Shown: positions 18,534-27,654 of the stretch, piece after piece
Layout: every line of letters begins with the position of its first letter
Position numbering within the stretch: position 1 is the stretch's first letter
Assembly: GCA_016716905.1 (NCBI GenBank)
Contig: JADJUS010000004.1
Location: 1,419,603 to 1,483,602, forward strand
DNA from: Acidobacteriota bacterium
GTDB lineage: Bacteria; Acidobacteriota; Vicinamibacteria; Vicinamibacterales; SCN-69-37
Direction: 5' to 3'
DNA: 64,000 nucleotides
Notes under the pieces: model-generated
Seen by the model: the letters and a program-made list of their open reading frames with translations, nothing else
Database searches by the model: none
Told to the model about the DNA's origin: nothing
Translations under genes and position numbers: made by a program

Positions 18534-19258
18534 TGGTCTCCACGTCGCGTGACCCGGCGCGCATTGCCGGGATGTTTGACCGGATTGCGATCCGCTACGA
18601 CACACTCAACCGGCTCATCAGCCTCGGGATGGACAAGGGCTGGCGCGCCCGTGGTGTTCGCGAACTCCATCTCACGGGCACCGAACGGGTGCTGGACATG
18701 TGCACAGGCACAGCCGACTTCGCGGTGGAAGCCGCCACGTCGGCGACCGGTCACGCTCGGAAGGTGATCGGCATCGACTTCGCAGGCGAGATGCTGCGCA
18801 TTGGCCTGGCCAAGATCCACAAGGCCGGCCTCGCCGATCGCATCCATCTGGTGCGGGGTGACGCCACGAATGTGCCGCTCCCCGATGCCAGCGTTGAAGC
18901 GGCTATGGTGGGGTTCGGTATTCGCAACGTGGTCGATCGTGAGCGTGCGCTGCGCGAGTTCGCTCGTGTGCTCACACCCGGCGGGAGGTTGGCGGTGCTT
19001 GAGCCTGGCGCACCGCGAATTCCCGGCGTCAAGACCCTGCACCTGTGGTATCTCCGGTATCTCCTGCCGTTTGTCGGCCGCCTGCTCTCGAGGCATGGCG
19101 AGGCATACTCCTACCTTCCCGCGTCGGTGGAGCAGTTCCCCACGCCCGAGGCCTTTGCCACGCTGCTGAAAGAAAACGGCTTTGCCTCGGTTCGCACCGT
19201 CCCTTTGACCTTCGGCATCGTCTACCTCTATGTAGCGACCAAGGGGCAGAGCCACTAG
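18518..19258 (+). CDS. ubiE: Demethylmenaquinone/ubiquinone C-methyltransferase (UbiE/MenG)
   Basis: FDRIAIRYDTLNRLISLGMDKGWR, SAM motif VLDMCTGTADFA, and FGIRNV, all characteristic of UbiE/MenG. Confidence 0.85.
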   Translation: MEGRIVVSTSRDPARIAGMFDRIAIRYDTLNRLISLGMDKGWRARGVRELHLTGTERVLDMCTGTADFAVEAATSATGHARKVIGIDFAGEMLRIGLAKIHKAGLADRIHLVRGDATNVPLPDASVEAAMVGFGIRNVVDRERALREFARVLTPGGRLAVLEPGAPRIPGVKTLHLWYLRYLLPFVGRLLSRHGEAYSYLPASVEQFPTPEAFATLLKENGFASVRTVPLTFGIVYLYVATKGQSH

Positions 19259-20128
19259 ATGTATCTGGATTTCGACGACCACCGGCCGGACACGCCCCAT
19301 TTACCGCCCGCCTTCACACGGCTTGAGCGCATGCTGGCGACCGCGGTGGCGTACCTCGTCCTGGTGATTGCGTACCTCGTCATGCCGGCCTCATGGTTCG
19401 CGCCGAACGAGCTGGTCAACATGACGCCGGTTCCACCAAAAGATGATGTGACGTTTGTGATGATGGAGCCGCTGCGCGACATGCCGGCGCCTCCGAAGGT
19501 GACGGCTGAAGCATCAGATATCGATCGACAGGCTGCGACGCGTGACAAGGCGCCCGTGCCCGCGAACCCCGAGCCGTTCTCACGCGGTAATACGCCGGAG
19601 AAGGTGGAAGGCGCTCCGCCGGTGGAGCCGCCCAAGGGCGCGAATGGCGCCACCGCCAACGCGCCGCCGCCCCCTGACGCGCCCGTCGTGTTGCCGCCGA
19701 CGGAGACCGTTGCGCGAACGCCTGGCGAGGGGCTGGCCAACTCGTTGCGCAACCTGCAAAAGTACCTGCGCGACGACAACTTCTCGAACGAAAACGGGGG
19801 CCAGACACAGCAGGACGCCCAAATCAGCTTCGACTCGAAGGGCGTGGACTTCGGATGGTGGCTGCGGCGGTTCGTAGCCCAGGTCAAAGGCAACTGGTTC
19901 ATCCCGCAGGCCGCGATGGTGCTCAAGGGCAAGGTGGTGGTCACGCTCATGATCCACCGCAACGGCACCATCTCTGATGTGACATTGATTCAGTCGTCCG
20001 GCCACACCTCGCTCGACGTCTCGGCGGTCAACGCGTTGCGCGGGTCCAACCCCACCGTCGCCCTCCCGGCCGAGTACCCTGAAGACAAGGTGCTCTTCAC
20101 GGTGACGTTCTACTACAACACGCGCTGA
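19259..20128 (+). CDS. TonB-family protein (N-terminal anchor, Pro-rich spacer, TonB C-terminal domain)
   Basis: TM segment LATAVAYLVLVIAYLV, a Pro-rich middle region, and a C-terminal WWLRRFVAQVKGNWFIP...VVVTLMIHRNGTISDVTLIQSSGHTSLDVSAVNAL domain. Confidence 0.65.
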   Translation: MYLDFDDHRPDTPHLPPAFTRLERMLATAVAYLVLVIAYLVMPASWFAPNELVNMTPVPPKDDVTFVMMEPLRDMPAPPKVTAEASDIDRQAATRDKAPVPANPEPFSRGNTPEKVEGAPPVEPPKGANGATANAPPPPDAPVVLPPTETVARTPGEGLANSLRNLQKYLRDDNFSNENGGQTQQDAQISFDSKGVDFGWWLRRFVAQVKGNWFIPQAAMVLKGKVVVTLMIHRNGTISDVTLIQSSGHTSLDVSAVNALRGSNPTVALPAEYPEDKVLFTVTFYYNTR

Positions 20129-20149
20129 CGCAGGTCGATGACGAGCACG

Positions 20150-20204
20150 CTGGACCCTGGACCCTGGACCCGGACTCTGGACCCTGCACTCTGGACTCTG
20201 GACC
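20150..20204. repeat. Tandem heptanucleotide repeat (CTGGACC/CTGGACT, about 8 units)
   Basis: ctggacc ctggacc ctggacc cggact ctggacc ctgcact ctggact ctggacc, ending 1 nt before the miaA ATG. Confidence 0.85.
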
Positions 20205-20205
20205 G

Positions 20206-21129
20206 ATGAAAGTCGTTGCTGTCGTGGGGCCCACTGCCACCGGCAAGACGGCCCTGGGTGTGGCGCTGGCCGAAGCGATCGACGGCGAAATCGTCTCGTG
20301 TGATTCGACGGCCGTCTACCGAGGCATCGACATCGGCACCGACAAGCCAACGCCGCAGGAGCAGCGCGGTATTCCACACCATCTGATTGACGTCGTGAAT
20401 CCGACCGAGACCTATTCGGCCGCACGGTATGCGATTGATGCCGCAACGGCTGTGCGCGATATCCGGGCGCGCGGACGCTGGCCTATTTTGGTGGGCGGCA
20501 CCGGGTTCTACTACCGCGCGCTGGTGCGCGGTCTGTTTCCAGGGCCGCCGCGCCACGACGAACTGCGTGGGCGCCTCGCTCGTGTGGCGGAACGTCGCGG
20601 AGTGGAGTCGCTCCATCGATGGCTGGGTCGCGTCGACCCGGAGTCGGCGCTGCGGATTCAGCCGCGCGACCAGATGCGGCTCATTCGCGCGCTGGAGGTC
20701 TACCTGCTCACGGGGCAGCCACTGACCGCGCATTTCGCCGCAACGCAGTCCGCGCTGCCTGGGTTCCAGGTGCTCACGCTCGGCGTCGTGGATCCACGGC
20801 CCGATCTGGAGCGACGGGTCGCCGCTCGTGTGGATGCGCAGTTCGGCCGTGGTGTGGTGGCCGAGGTCGAGCGCCTGATCGCATCCGGCGTGCCGGAGTC
20901 TGCCCACGCCTTTAGCGGCCTCGTGTACCGTCAGCTCATCGAGATGCGGCAGGGGGTGCGCGACGAAGCCGCCACGCGGGCGTTGATCGTCCGCGAAAAC
21001 CTGCAATACGCCAGGCGCCAGTTGATGTGGTTCAGGAAGGAACCTGACGTACGATGGTTGCCAGGCCCGGGCACCGACCCGGCGGTGCAGGCCGCAGCGC
21101 TCGCCCAGGTTCAGGCCTTCATCACATGA
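20206..21129 (+). CDS. miaA: tRNA dimethylallyltransferase MiaA
   Basis: P-loop GPTATGKT, DSTAVYRGIDIGTDKP, and IPHHLIDV motifs. Confidence 0.9.
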   Translation: MKVVAVVGPTATGKTALGVALAEAIDGEIVSCDSTAVYRGIDIGTDKPTPQEQRGIPHHLIDVVNPTETYSAARYAIDAATAVRDIRARGRWPILVGGTGFYYRALVRGLFPGPPRHDELRGRLARVAERRGVESLHRWLGRVDPESALRIQPRDQMRLIRALEVYLLTGQPLTAHFAATQSALPGFQVLTLGVVDPRPDLERRVAARVDAQFGRGVVAEVERLIASGVPESAHAFSGLVYRQLIEMRQGVRDEAATRALIVRENLQYARRQLMWFRKEPDVRWLPGPGTDPAVQAAALAQVQAFIT

Positions 21130-22298
21130 TCACACGCGTCATCCTCATCGTCATGGACTCGGTCGGGTGCGGCGAATTGGCCGACGCGGATCTGTACGAC
21201 GATCAGGGCAGCGACACGCTGGGACATATCGCAGACGCTGTGCCGTTGCGTGTGCCGACGCTTCGGTCGCTTGGTCTGGGGCGCGTCGCTCGAATCGGCG
21301 GCAATGCTCCTGCGCCGATTGGCGCAGCGGGACGGATGGCCGAGGCGTCGCCCGGCAAAGACTCCGTCACGGGCCATTGGGAGCTGATGGGCATCGTGCT
21401 CGATCGGCCGTTTCCCACGTTTCCCCAGGGGTTCTCGAAGGAGATCATCGCCGAGTTCGAGCGGCGTATCGGCCGCACGTCGATCGGGAACGTGGTGGCG
21501 TCGGGCACCGAGATTATCGACGCGCTTGGGCCCGAGCACATGCGTACGGGTGCGCCGATCATCTACACGTCGGCCGACAGTGTGTTTCAGATCGCGGCGC
21601 ACGAACGCATCGTGCCGATCGACGAACTGTATCGCTACTGCGATGAAGCGTTTGACCTGGTGGGACGTGGCATGGGTGTGGGGCGTGTCATCGCCAGGCC
21701 GTTCGAGGGCGAGCCTGGCAGCTTCGTGCGGACGTCGAACCGGCGCGACTACGCGCTGGATCCATTCGAGGACACGCTGCTGGATCGCCTTTCCACCGCC
21801 GGCCAACCGGTGGTGGGTATCGGCAAGATCGAAGACTTGTTTGCGGGCCGCGGCCTCACGCGCGCGATTCACACACGTTCAGACGACCACGGTATGGACG
21901 TGGTGATGGAGGAACTGGCGACAACCGATCGCGGCCTGATCTTCGTCAATCTCGTGGATTTCGATACCAAGTACGGGCATCGCAATGACGTGCCTGGATA
22001 CGCGGACAACCTCGAACGCTTCGACGCGCGGCTGGCGCAGCTGCTGCCACAGCTTTTCCCCACGGACCTTCTCATCGTGACCGCCGACCACGGCAACGAC
22101 CCAGCGACCCCGTCCACCGATCACTCGCGCGAACATGTGCCGCTGCTGGTGGCCGGCGCCTCGGTGAAGGCCGGTGTGGACCTGGGCACGCGCACCACGT
22201 TCGCCGATGTGGGCCAGACGCTGGCGGCAATATTCGGGTTGGCGCCCATGGCCGCCGGCACGAGTTTTCTTGGCGAAATACTGCGCCCGTCTCGGTAA
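21126..22298 (+). CDS. deoB: Phosphopentomutase DeoB
   Basis: MITRVILIVMDSVGCGELADA, GKDSVTGHWE, TADHGNDP motifs. ATGA overlap with miaA. The track start at 21054 is rejected. Confidence 0.85.
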   Translation: MITRVILIVMDSVGCGELADADLYDDQGSDTLGHIADAVPLRVPTLRSLGLGRVARIGGNAPAPIGAAGRMAEASPGKDSVTGHWELMGIVLDRPFPTFPQGFSKEIIAEFERRIGRTSIGNVVASGTEIIDALGPEHMRTGAPIIYTSADSVFQIAAHERIVPIDELYRYCDEAFDLVGRGMGVGRVIARPFEGEPGSFVRTSNRRDYALDPFEDTLLDRLSTAGQPVVGIGKIEDLFAGRGLTRAIHTRSDDHGMDVVMEELATTDRGLIFVNLVDFDTKYGHRNDVPGYADNLERFDARLAQLLPQLFPTDLLIVTADHGNDPATPSTDHSREHVPLLVAGASVKAGVDLGTRTTFADVGQTLAAIFGLAPMAAGTSFLGEILRPSR

Positions 22299-22311
22299 GA
22301 TTGCCATTCCC

Positions 22312-23349
22312 ATGTCCACCATTCGCGAACAACTGGAAGCTCTGGAAGATGAAACGCTGGCGCCGCAGGCGGCGCGGAGCCGCGCCAGCAAAGGCCGGCT
22401 TCGCCAGGAAACACCCGATCCCATTCGGCCCAACTTCCAGCGCGACCGCGACCGGGTGATTCACTCCAAGGCGTTCCGGCGGCTGAAACACAAAACCCAG
22501 GTCTTCTTCGCACCAGAGGGCGACCACTACCGCACGCGGCTGACCCACACACTGGAGGTCTCGCAAATCGCGCGCAGTATCGCGAAGGTCCTGCGCCTGA
22601 ATGAAGAACTGACCGAAGCCATTGCGCTCGGCCACGATCTCGGGCACCCACCGTTTGGCCACGCCGGCGAACGGGTGATCGACAAGCTCGTGCCGGGTGG
22701 CTTCAGCCATCACGAGCAGAGCCTGCGGATCGTTGACGTGCTCGAGAACGACCGGCAGGGACTGAATCTGTCGTGGGAGGTTCGTGACGGCATCGCGCGT
22801 CACTCAAAAGGCAAGCACGGGCTGCCCGTCGGCGCGCCACCCGAACATCGTGCCAGCACGATTGAAGGGCAGATTGCGCGCGTGGCCGACATCATCGCCT
22901 ACGTGAACCACGATATTGACGATGCCGTGCGTGCGGGCGTGCTCGACACGCGCGACCTGCCGCAATCAGCCGTCGCGGTGCTTGGCGGCAGTTCGTCGCA
23001 GCGCATCAACTCCATGGTGACCGACGTCGTGACCGAGACGCTTGGCGGCGCCCTCACAGAGATCCGCATGAGCGATCTGGTGCTGCAGGCCACGCTGGAA
23101 CTGCGCGAGTTCCTGTTCCGGGCCGTGTACGAAAATCCTCGGGCCACCGCCGAGTTCGACAAGGCGGCCGGGCTCCTGGGCGGGTTGTGGGACAAACTGC
23201 GGCAGAAGCCCGACCAGTTTCTGGACCAGGCGACGATTGAGTCAGAGGGGCTGGACGCGGCCGCCCGCGACTTTCTCGCCGGCATGACCGATCGCTACGC
23301 CGTGGCGCTCTTCGAGGACCTGTTCGTGCCCCGGTCCTGGAGCGTCTGA
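22312..23349 (+). CDS. dGTP triphosphohydrolase-like HD-domain protein (Dgt family)
   Basis: FQRDRDRVIHSKAFRRLKHKTQVF, RLTHTLEVSQIAR, and HDLGHPPFGH motifs. ATG at 22312. Confidence 0.8.
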   Translation: MSTIREQLEALEDETLAPQAARSRASKGRLRQETPDPIRPNFQRDRDRVIHSKAFRRLKHKTQVFFAPEGDHYRTRLTHTLEVSQIARSIAKVLRLNEELTEAIALGHDLGHPPFGHAGERVIDKLVPGGFSHHEQSLRIVDVLENDRQGLNLSWEVRDGIARHSKGKHGLPVGAPPEHRASTIEGQIARVADIIAYVNHDIDDAVRAGVLDTRDLPQSAVAVLGGSSSQRINSMVTDVVTETLGGALTEIRMSDLVLQATLELREFLFRAVYENPRATAEFDKAAGLLGGLWDKLRQKPDQFLDQATIESEGLDAAARDFLAGMTDRYAVALFEDLFVPRSWSV

Positions 23350-23437
23350 GAGGCCGCCCAGGGGCGGGCCCGTCGACCACGGGGGTCGTGGTAGAATCTT
23401 CGTTTGCACTACCGGCCTGGGCCGGTAGAGGGAAGTC

Positions 23438-24040
23438 ATGCTGCTCGATATCAGCCGGCTGCGGACAGTGGTGGTGGACGTCAACCGCCGGGTTGAGCCC
23501 GAGGCGTTTGCCGACCTGACGGACGATTTCAAGGTGGTCGGCCCCACGGAAATTGCGGGGACGGTCCGGCGCGAGAAGGGCACCCATGTGGTGCTGCATT
23601 CGCGGGTGACGTCGGCCATGGAGGTGACGTGCGGTCGGTGCCTGGAGCCGTTTGTGGTTCCGGTCAGCGCCGACGTCGAAACGCGTTTTGTGCCTCCGGC
23701 GGAGTTTGCGAAGGTGACGGCTGAGACGGCCGCGAAAGCGGGGTTGTTGACCGCCGGCGCCGTGGCAGACGACGAAGACGAAGAAGTTGAACACGATGCC
23801 GAGGGGCATGTGGTGGGGTTGGCGGAGTATCGCGACGAGGCGATTGACCTGGGCGAAGTGATTCGCGAACAGTTGTACCTCGCGCTGCCAATGAAGCCCT
23901 TGTGCCAGGAGTCGTGCAAGGGGTTGTGTGCGGTGTGTGGCGCGAATCGGAATCGCGAGACGTGCCAGTGCCAGCAACAGTGGGAAGATCCACGCATGGC
24001 CGCGCTTGCCGAGTGGAAAAGCCGTAACGAGAAGACCTAA
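23438..24040 (+). CDS. yceD: YceD/DUF177 family protein (large-subunit rRNA accumulation protein)
   Basis: CGRCLEPF and C-terminal LCQESCKGLCAVCGANRN Cys cluster. It sits immediately upstream of rpmF, as in the conserved yceD-rpmF-plsX arrangement. Confidence 0.75.
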   Translation: MLLDISRLRTVVVDVNRRVEPEAFADLTDDFKVVGPTEIAGTVRREKGTHVVLHSRVTSAMEVTCGRCLEPFVVPVSADVETRFVPPAEFAKVTAETAAKAGLLTAGAVADDEDEEVEHDAEGHVVGLAEYRDEAIDLGEVIREQLYLALPMKPLCQESCKGLCAVCGANRNRETCQCQQQWEDPRMAALAEWKSRNEKT

Positions 24041-24052
24041 GGGGTAGAGACC

Positions 24053-24235
24053 GTGCCGAATCCAAAACGACGCCATTCCAAATCACGCACCGCCAAGCGC
24101 CGCACGCATGACACGCTGGTCAAGGTGCAGTCCGGGCGCTGTCCGCAGTGCCAGGAAATGAAACTGCCGCATCAGGTGTGCAAGAACTGCGGCTTCTACA
24201 ACGGCCGTCAGGTTCGCGCGGTCAAGGAAGATTAG
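24053..24235 (+). CDS. rpmF: 50S ribosomal protein L32
   Basis: PNPKRRHSKSRTAKRRTH N-terminus and CPQC...CKNCG zinc ribbon. GTG start. Confidence 0.9.
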   Translation: MPNPKRRHSKSRTAKRRTHDTLVKVQSGRCPQCQEMKLPHQVCKNCGFYNGRQVRAVKED

Positions 24236-24260
24236 TCGCGAGCGCCACCAGGCCCGTCGC

Positions 24261-25265
24261 GTGACTGGTCCGAGAATCGCGGTGGATGCCATGGGGGGCG
24301 ATTTCGCCCCTCGCGAGGTCATCGCCGGAGCCGTCGCGGCGGCGCGTGATACCGGCGTGTCGGTCATCCTGGTTGGCCCCGCCGATCAGGTGTCGGCCGA
24401 GGCCCTTCGTGTGGCCCAGGGCCGCTTGCCGGACTCCCTGTCCATCTTCGACACCCCAGACTTCATCGCGATGGACGCAGCGCCGCGTGAGGCGCTCAGG
24501 CGGATGCCCCGGGCCTCGGTCAAGGTGGCAGCCGAGATGGTCTCGCGCGGGGAGGCAGACGGCGTCTACAGCCTCGGGCACACAGGGGCGACCGTGCTGG
24601 CCGCGCACGCCGCGTTCGGGATGCTGGACGGGGCCGAGCGGCCCGCCATTGCGGTGCTCGTGCCGACGCTGGCCGGGTCGGCGGTGCTGCTCGACACCGG
24701 CGCGACGCTTGATTGCCGGCCCGTGCACCTGCGGTCGTTTGGCCTGATGGGCGCGGCGTATTCGACGATTGCGCTCGGCATCGAGCGGCCCAGGGTCGGG
24801 TTGCTGTCGGTGGGTGAAGAGGCCGGCAAAGGCACCGAATTGGTGCGCGAGGCGCACGGGTTGCTGGCCGCCTCGGGTCTGAACTTCGTCGGCAATCTCG
24901 AGGCCCGCGACTTTTTCAGCGGGCGGGCAGACGTCATTGTGTGTGACGGCTTCACCGGCAACGTGGCCCTGAAGGTGGGTGAGGGCCTGGTGGACGCGAT
25001 GGAAGTGCTGTTGAAGAAGGAACTCGCCAAGTCCCTGGCGGCGCGTTTGGGCGGGCGGCTTGCGAAGGCCGCATTCCTGCGCGTCCGGGATCGCGCGGAT
25101 TCGGCGGAGTATGGCGGTGCGCCCCTGCTGGGGCTCAAGGGGCTCGCGCTGGTCGGGCATGGGCGTTCCGACGCCCGCGCGGTGCGCAACGGCATTGCCA
25201 CCGCGGCGCGATTGGTTGAGGGGCAGTTGGTGCAGCGGTTGCGCGATGCGCTGGTGAATCCATGA
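24261..25265 (+). CDS. plsX: Phosphate acyltransferase PlsX
   Basis: IAVDAMGGDFAP, DGFTGNVALK, and GAPLLGLKG motifs. Confidence 0.9.
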   Translation: MTGPRIAVDAMGGDFAPREVIAGAVAAARDTGVSVILVGPADQVSAEALRVAQGRLPDSLSIFDTPDFIAMDAAPREALRRMPRASVKVAAEMVSRGEADGVYSLGHTGATVLAAHAAFGMLDGAERPAIAVLVPTLAGSAVLLDTGATLDCRPVHLRSFGLMGAAYSTIALGIERPRVGLLSVGEEAGKGTELVREAHGLLAASGLNFVGNLEARDFFSGRADVIVCDGFTGNVALKVGEGLVDAMEVLLKKELAKSLAARLGGRLAKAAFLRVRDRADSAEYGGAPLLGLKGLALVGHGRSDARAVRNGIATAARLVEGQLVQRLRDALVNP

Positions 25266-25313
25266 CCGCATTGCGCGACCCCGCGTACGTGTGGTGAAGT
25301 AGGCGATGCTGTC

Positions 25314-26054
25314 ATGTTGATGTTGACGGGCCGTGTGGCCCTGGTGACCGGGGCGTCACGCGGAATCGGAAAGGCGATCGCCCTGTCGCTCGCGTCGGGC
25401 GGTGCCACGGTCATCGCGGCCGCGCGCGGCACCAATGCGCAGTCCACCGTGGACGCCATCGTGGCCGCTGGCGGTACCGCAGAACTGGCTTCCCTCGACG
25501 TGACCGACCCCGCCAGCGTGGAACTGGTCACGAAGGACGTGCTCGCGCGGCACGGCCGGATCGATGTGCTGGTCAACAATGCCGGTGTCACCCGCGACCA
25601 GTTGTTGCTCCGGATGAAGCGCGAAGACTGGGACGCCGTGATTGGGGCGAACCTGACAGGCGCGTTCACCTGCGTGCAGGCGGTGCTCAAGTCGATGGTC
25701 AAGGCCCGCCACGGCCGCATCATCAGCATTACGTCGGTGGTGGGTGAAGCCGGCAACGCCGGGCAGGCAAATTATGCGGCGTCCAAGGCCGGGCTGATTG
25801 GGTTTACGAAGGCGCTGGCCCAGGAAGTGGCGTCGCGCGGCATCACCGTGAACGCGGTGGCGCCGGGCATGATCGAGACCGACATGACGAAGGCGATTTC
25901 CGAGGGCGCGCATGACGAGTGGGCGAAGAAGATTCCCCTGCAGCGCCTGGGGACGCCCGAGGATGTTGCGGCTGCCGTCCGTTTTCTGGCATCGGACGAG
26001 GCAGCGTATATTACGGGACACGTACTCGCCGTCAACGGCGGGATGCGCATGTAA
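25314..26054 (+). CDS. fabG: 3-oxoacyl-ACP reductase FabG
   Basis: SDR motifs TGASRGIGKAIA, NNAG, and YAASKAG, next to acpP. Confidence 0.9.
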   Translation: MLMLTGRVALVTGASRGIGKAIALSLASGGATVIAAARGTNAQSTVDAIVAAGGTAELASLDVTDPASVELVTKDVLARHGRIDVLVNNAGVTRDQLLLRMKREDWDAVIGANLTGAFTCVQAVLKSMVKARHGRIISITSVVGEAGNAGQANYAASKAGLIGFTKALAQEVASRGITVNAVAPGMIETDMTKAISEGAHDEWAKKIPLQRLGTPEDVAAAVRFLASDEAAYITGHVLAVNGGMRM

Positions 26055-26096
26055 GATGGCGTCGGGCGCAGGTGCGTCGCGACACGAGGAGGATGA

Positions 26097-26336
26097 ATGG
26101 CCGTTGCAGATCAGGTAAAGAAGATCATTGTGGAACAGTTGGGCGTGGATGAGGACGAAGTGACGTCCGATGCGTCGTTTGTGGACGACCTCGGGGCGGA
26201 TTCCCTCGACACCGTCGAGCTGGTCATGGCCTTCGAAGAAGAGTTCAGCATCGAAATCCCCGACGAGGATGCCGAGAAGATCACGCGCGTCAAGGACGCC
26301 GTGAGCTACATCGAAACGCACACGAAGAAAAAGTAG
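26097..26336 (+). CDS. acpP: Acyl carrier protein
   Basis: 79 aa with the [20 protein letters not shown] phosphopantetheine-attachment motif. Confidence 0.95.
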   Translation: MAVADQVKKIIVEQLGVDEDEVTSDASFVDDLGADSLDTVELVMAFEEEFSIEIPDEDAEKITRVKDAVSYIETHTKKK

Positions 26337-26358
26337 CCATCGGCACGTCTCACCCTGG

Positions 26359-26378
26359 CGCAGCCCTTCGGCTGCGCT
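26359..26378 (+). terminator. Stem-loop after acpP (possible attenuator)
   Basis: GCGCAGCC-cttc-GGCTGCGC, an 8-bp stem 23 nt after the acpP stop, followed by tgtgtgtc (no clean T tract). Confidence 0.3.
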
Positions 26379-26404
26379 GTGTGTCAGTGCCTTTGGGAGG
26401 AAAC

Positions 26405-27649
26405 GTGACGAGACGAGTAGTCATCACCGGTGTCGGCCTGATTTCATCCGTGGGAATCGGGAACGATGCGAACTGGGAGGCGATGTGCGCCGGCCGGGGC
26501 GGGATTGGTCCGATCACCCGCTTTGACGCCACAGGATATTCCGTGCGCATTGGCGGCGAAGTCAAAGGGTTCGACCCGCTGAACTTCGTCGAGAAGAAAG
26601 AGGTCAAGAAGATCGACGTCTTCATCCAGTTCGCCATCGCGGCCTCCCAGTTTGCGATGGACGATGCGAAGTTGCAGGTCACGCCGGAGATTGCCGACCA
26701 GACCGGCGTGTTCATTGCGTCGGGCATCGGCGGATTCAGCACGATTCAATCCGAGCATCTCGAACTGGTCAACGGCGGCCCGCGCCGGGTCTCGCCGTTT
26801 TTCATCCCGGCGTCCATCATCAACCTGGCCGCCGGGCACGTCTCGATCCGATTCGGGGCGAAGGGACCGAACCTCGCCACGTGTACGGCGTGCACGGCGT
26901 CCGCTCACTCGATTGGTGAGTCGTTCGAGATCATCCGGCGGGGTGATGCCGACATCATGATCGCCGGTGGCTCCGAGGCCGCCATCACGCCGCTGAGCGT
27001 GGCCGGGTTTGCCTCGATGCGCGCCCTCTCCACCCGCAACGACGAGCCGGACAAGGCGTGCCGGCCCTTCGACAAGGACCGCGACGGCTTCATCATCGGC
27101 GAAGGCGCCGGCATCCTCATCCTCGAGGAACTCGAGACCGCCAAACGCCGTGGCGCGAACATCTATTGCGAGCTGGCCGGGTACGGCCTGTCGTCGGATG
27201 CGTTTCACCTGACGGGCCAGCCGCCAGATGCCGATGGCGCCGTGCGGTCGATGAAGATGGCCATCCGCAAGGCCGGGATCCGCCCCGAGCAGGTGGACTA
27301 CATCAACGCCCACGGCACCTCGACACCGATCAACGATCCCACCGAGACACTCGCCGTGAAGCGCACGTTTGGTGAGCACGCGAAGAAGTTGGCGATCTCG
27401 TCCACGAAGTCCATGACCGGGCACCTGCTTGGCGCGGCCGGTGGCCTGGAAGCTGGCATCACAGCCTTGGCGATCAGGCACCAAATCGCGCCGCCGACCG
27501 CAAACCTCGATTCGCCCGACCCGGCCTGTGACCTTGACTACATCCCGTTCAAGGCCCGGCCCATGACCATCAATTACGCGTTGTCGAATTCGTTCGGGTT
27601 CGGCGGCACCAACGGCACGCTCCTGCTCAAGCGGTACGAAGGCGACTGA
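26405..27649 (+). CDS. fabF: 3-oxoacyl-ACP synthase II FabF
   Basis: RRVVITGVGLISSVG N-terminus, active-site TACTASAHSIG, HGTSTP, and GHLLGAAG. GTG at 26405, or the track ATG at 26381. Confidence 0.9.
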   Translation: MTRRVVITGVGLISSVGIGNDANWEAMCAGRGGIGPITRFDATGYSVRIGGEVKGFDPLNFVEKKEVKKIDVFIQFAIAASQFAMDDAKLQVTPEIADQTGVFIASGIGGFSTIQSEHLELVNGGPRRVSPFFIPASIINLAAGHVSIRFGAKGPNLATCTACTASAHSIGESFEIIRRGDADIMIAGGSEAAITPLSVAGFASMRALSTRNDEPDKACRPFDKDRDGFIIGEGAGILILEELETAKRRGANIYCELAGYGLSSDAFHLTGQPPDADGAVRSMKMAIRKAGIRPEQVDYINAHGTSTPINDPTETLAVKRTFGEHAKKLAISSTKSMTGHLLGAAGGLEAGITALAIRHQIAPPTANLDSPDPACDLDYIPFKARPMTINYALSNSFGFGGTNGTLLLKRYEGD

Positions 27650-27654
27650 CCCAC

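Noticed and set aside
22312-23349. dGTPase-like HD protein as a possible anti-phage nucleotide-depletion defence gene
   Set aside because: It sits in a housekeeping run (miaA-deoB-dgt-yceD-rpmF) with no neighbouring defence or mobile genes. The motifs fit the ordinary Dgt-like family, and nothing in the sequence argues for a defence island.
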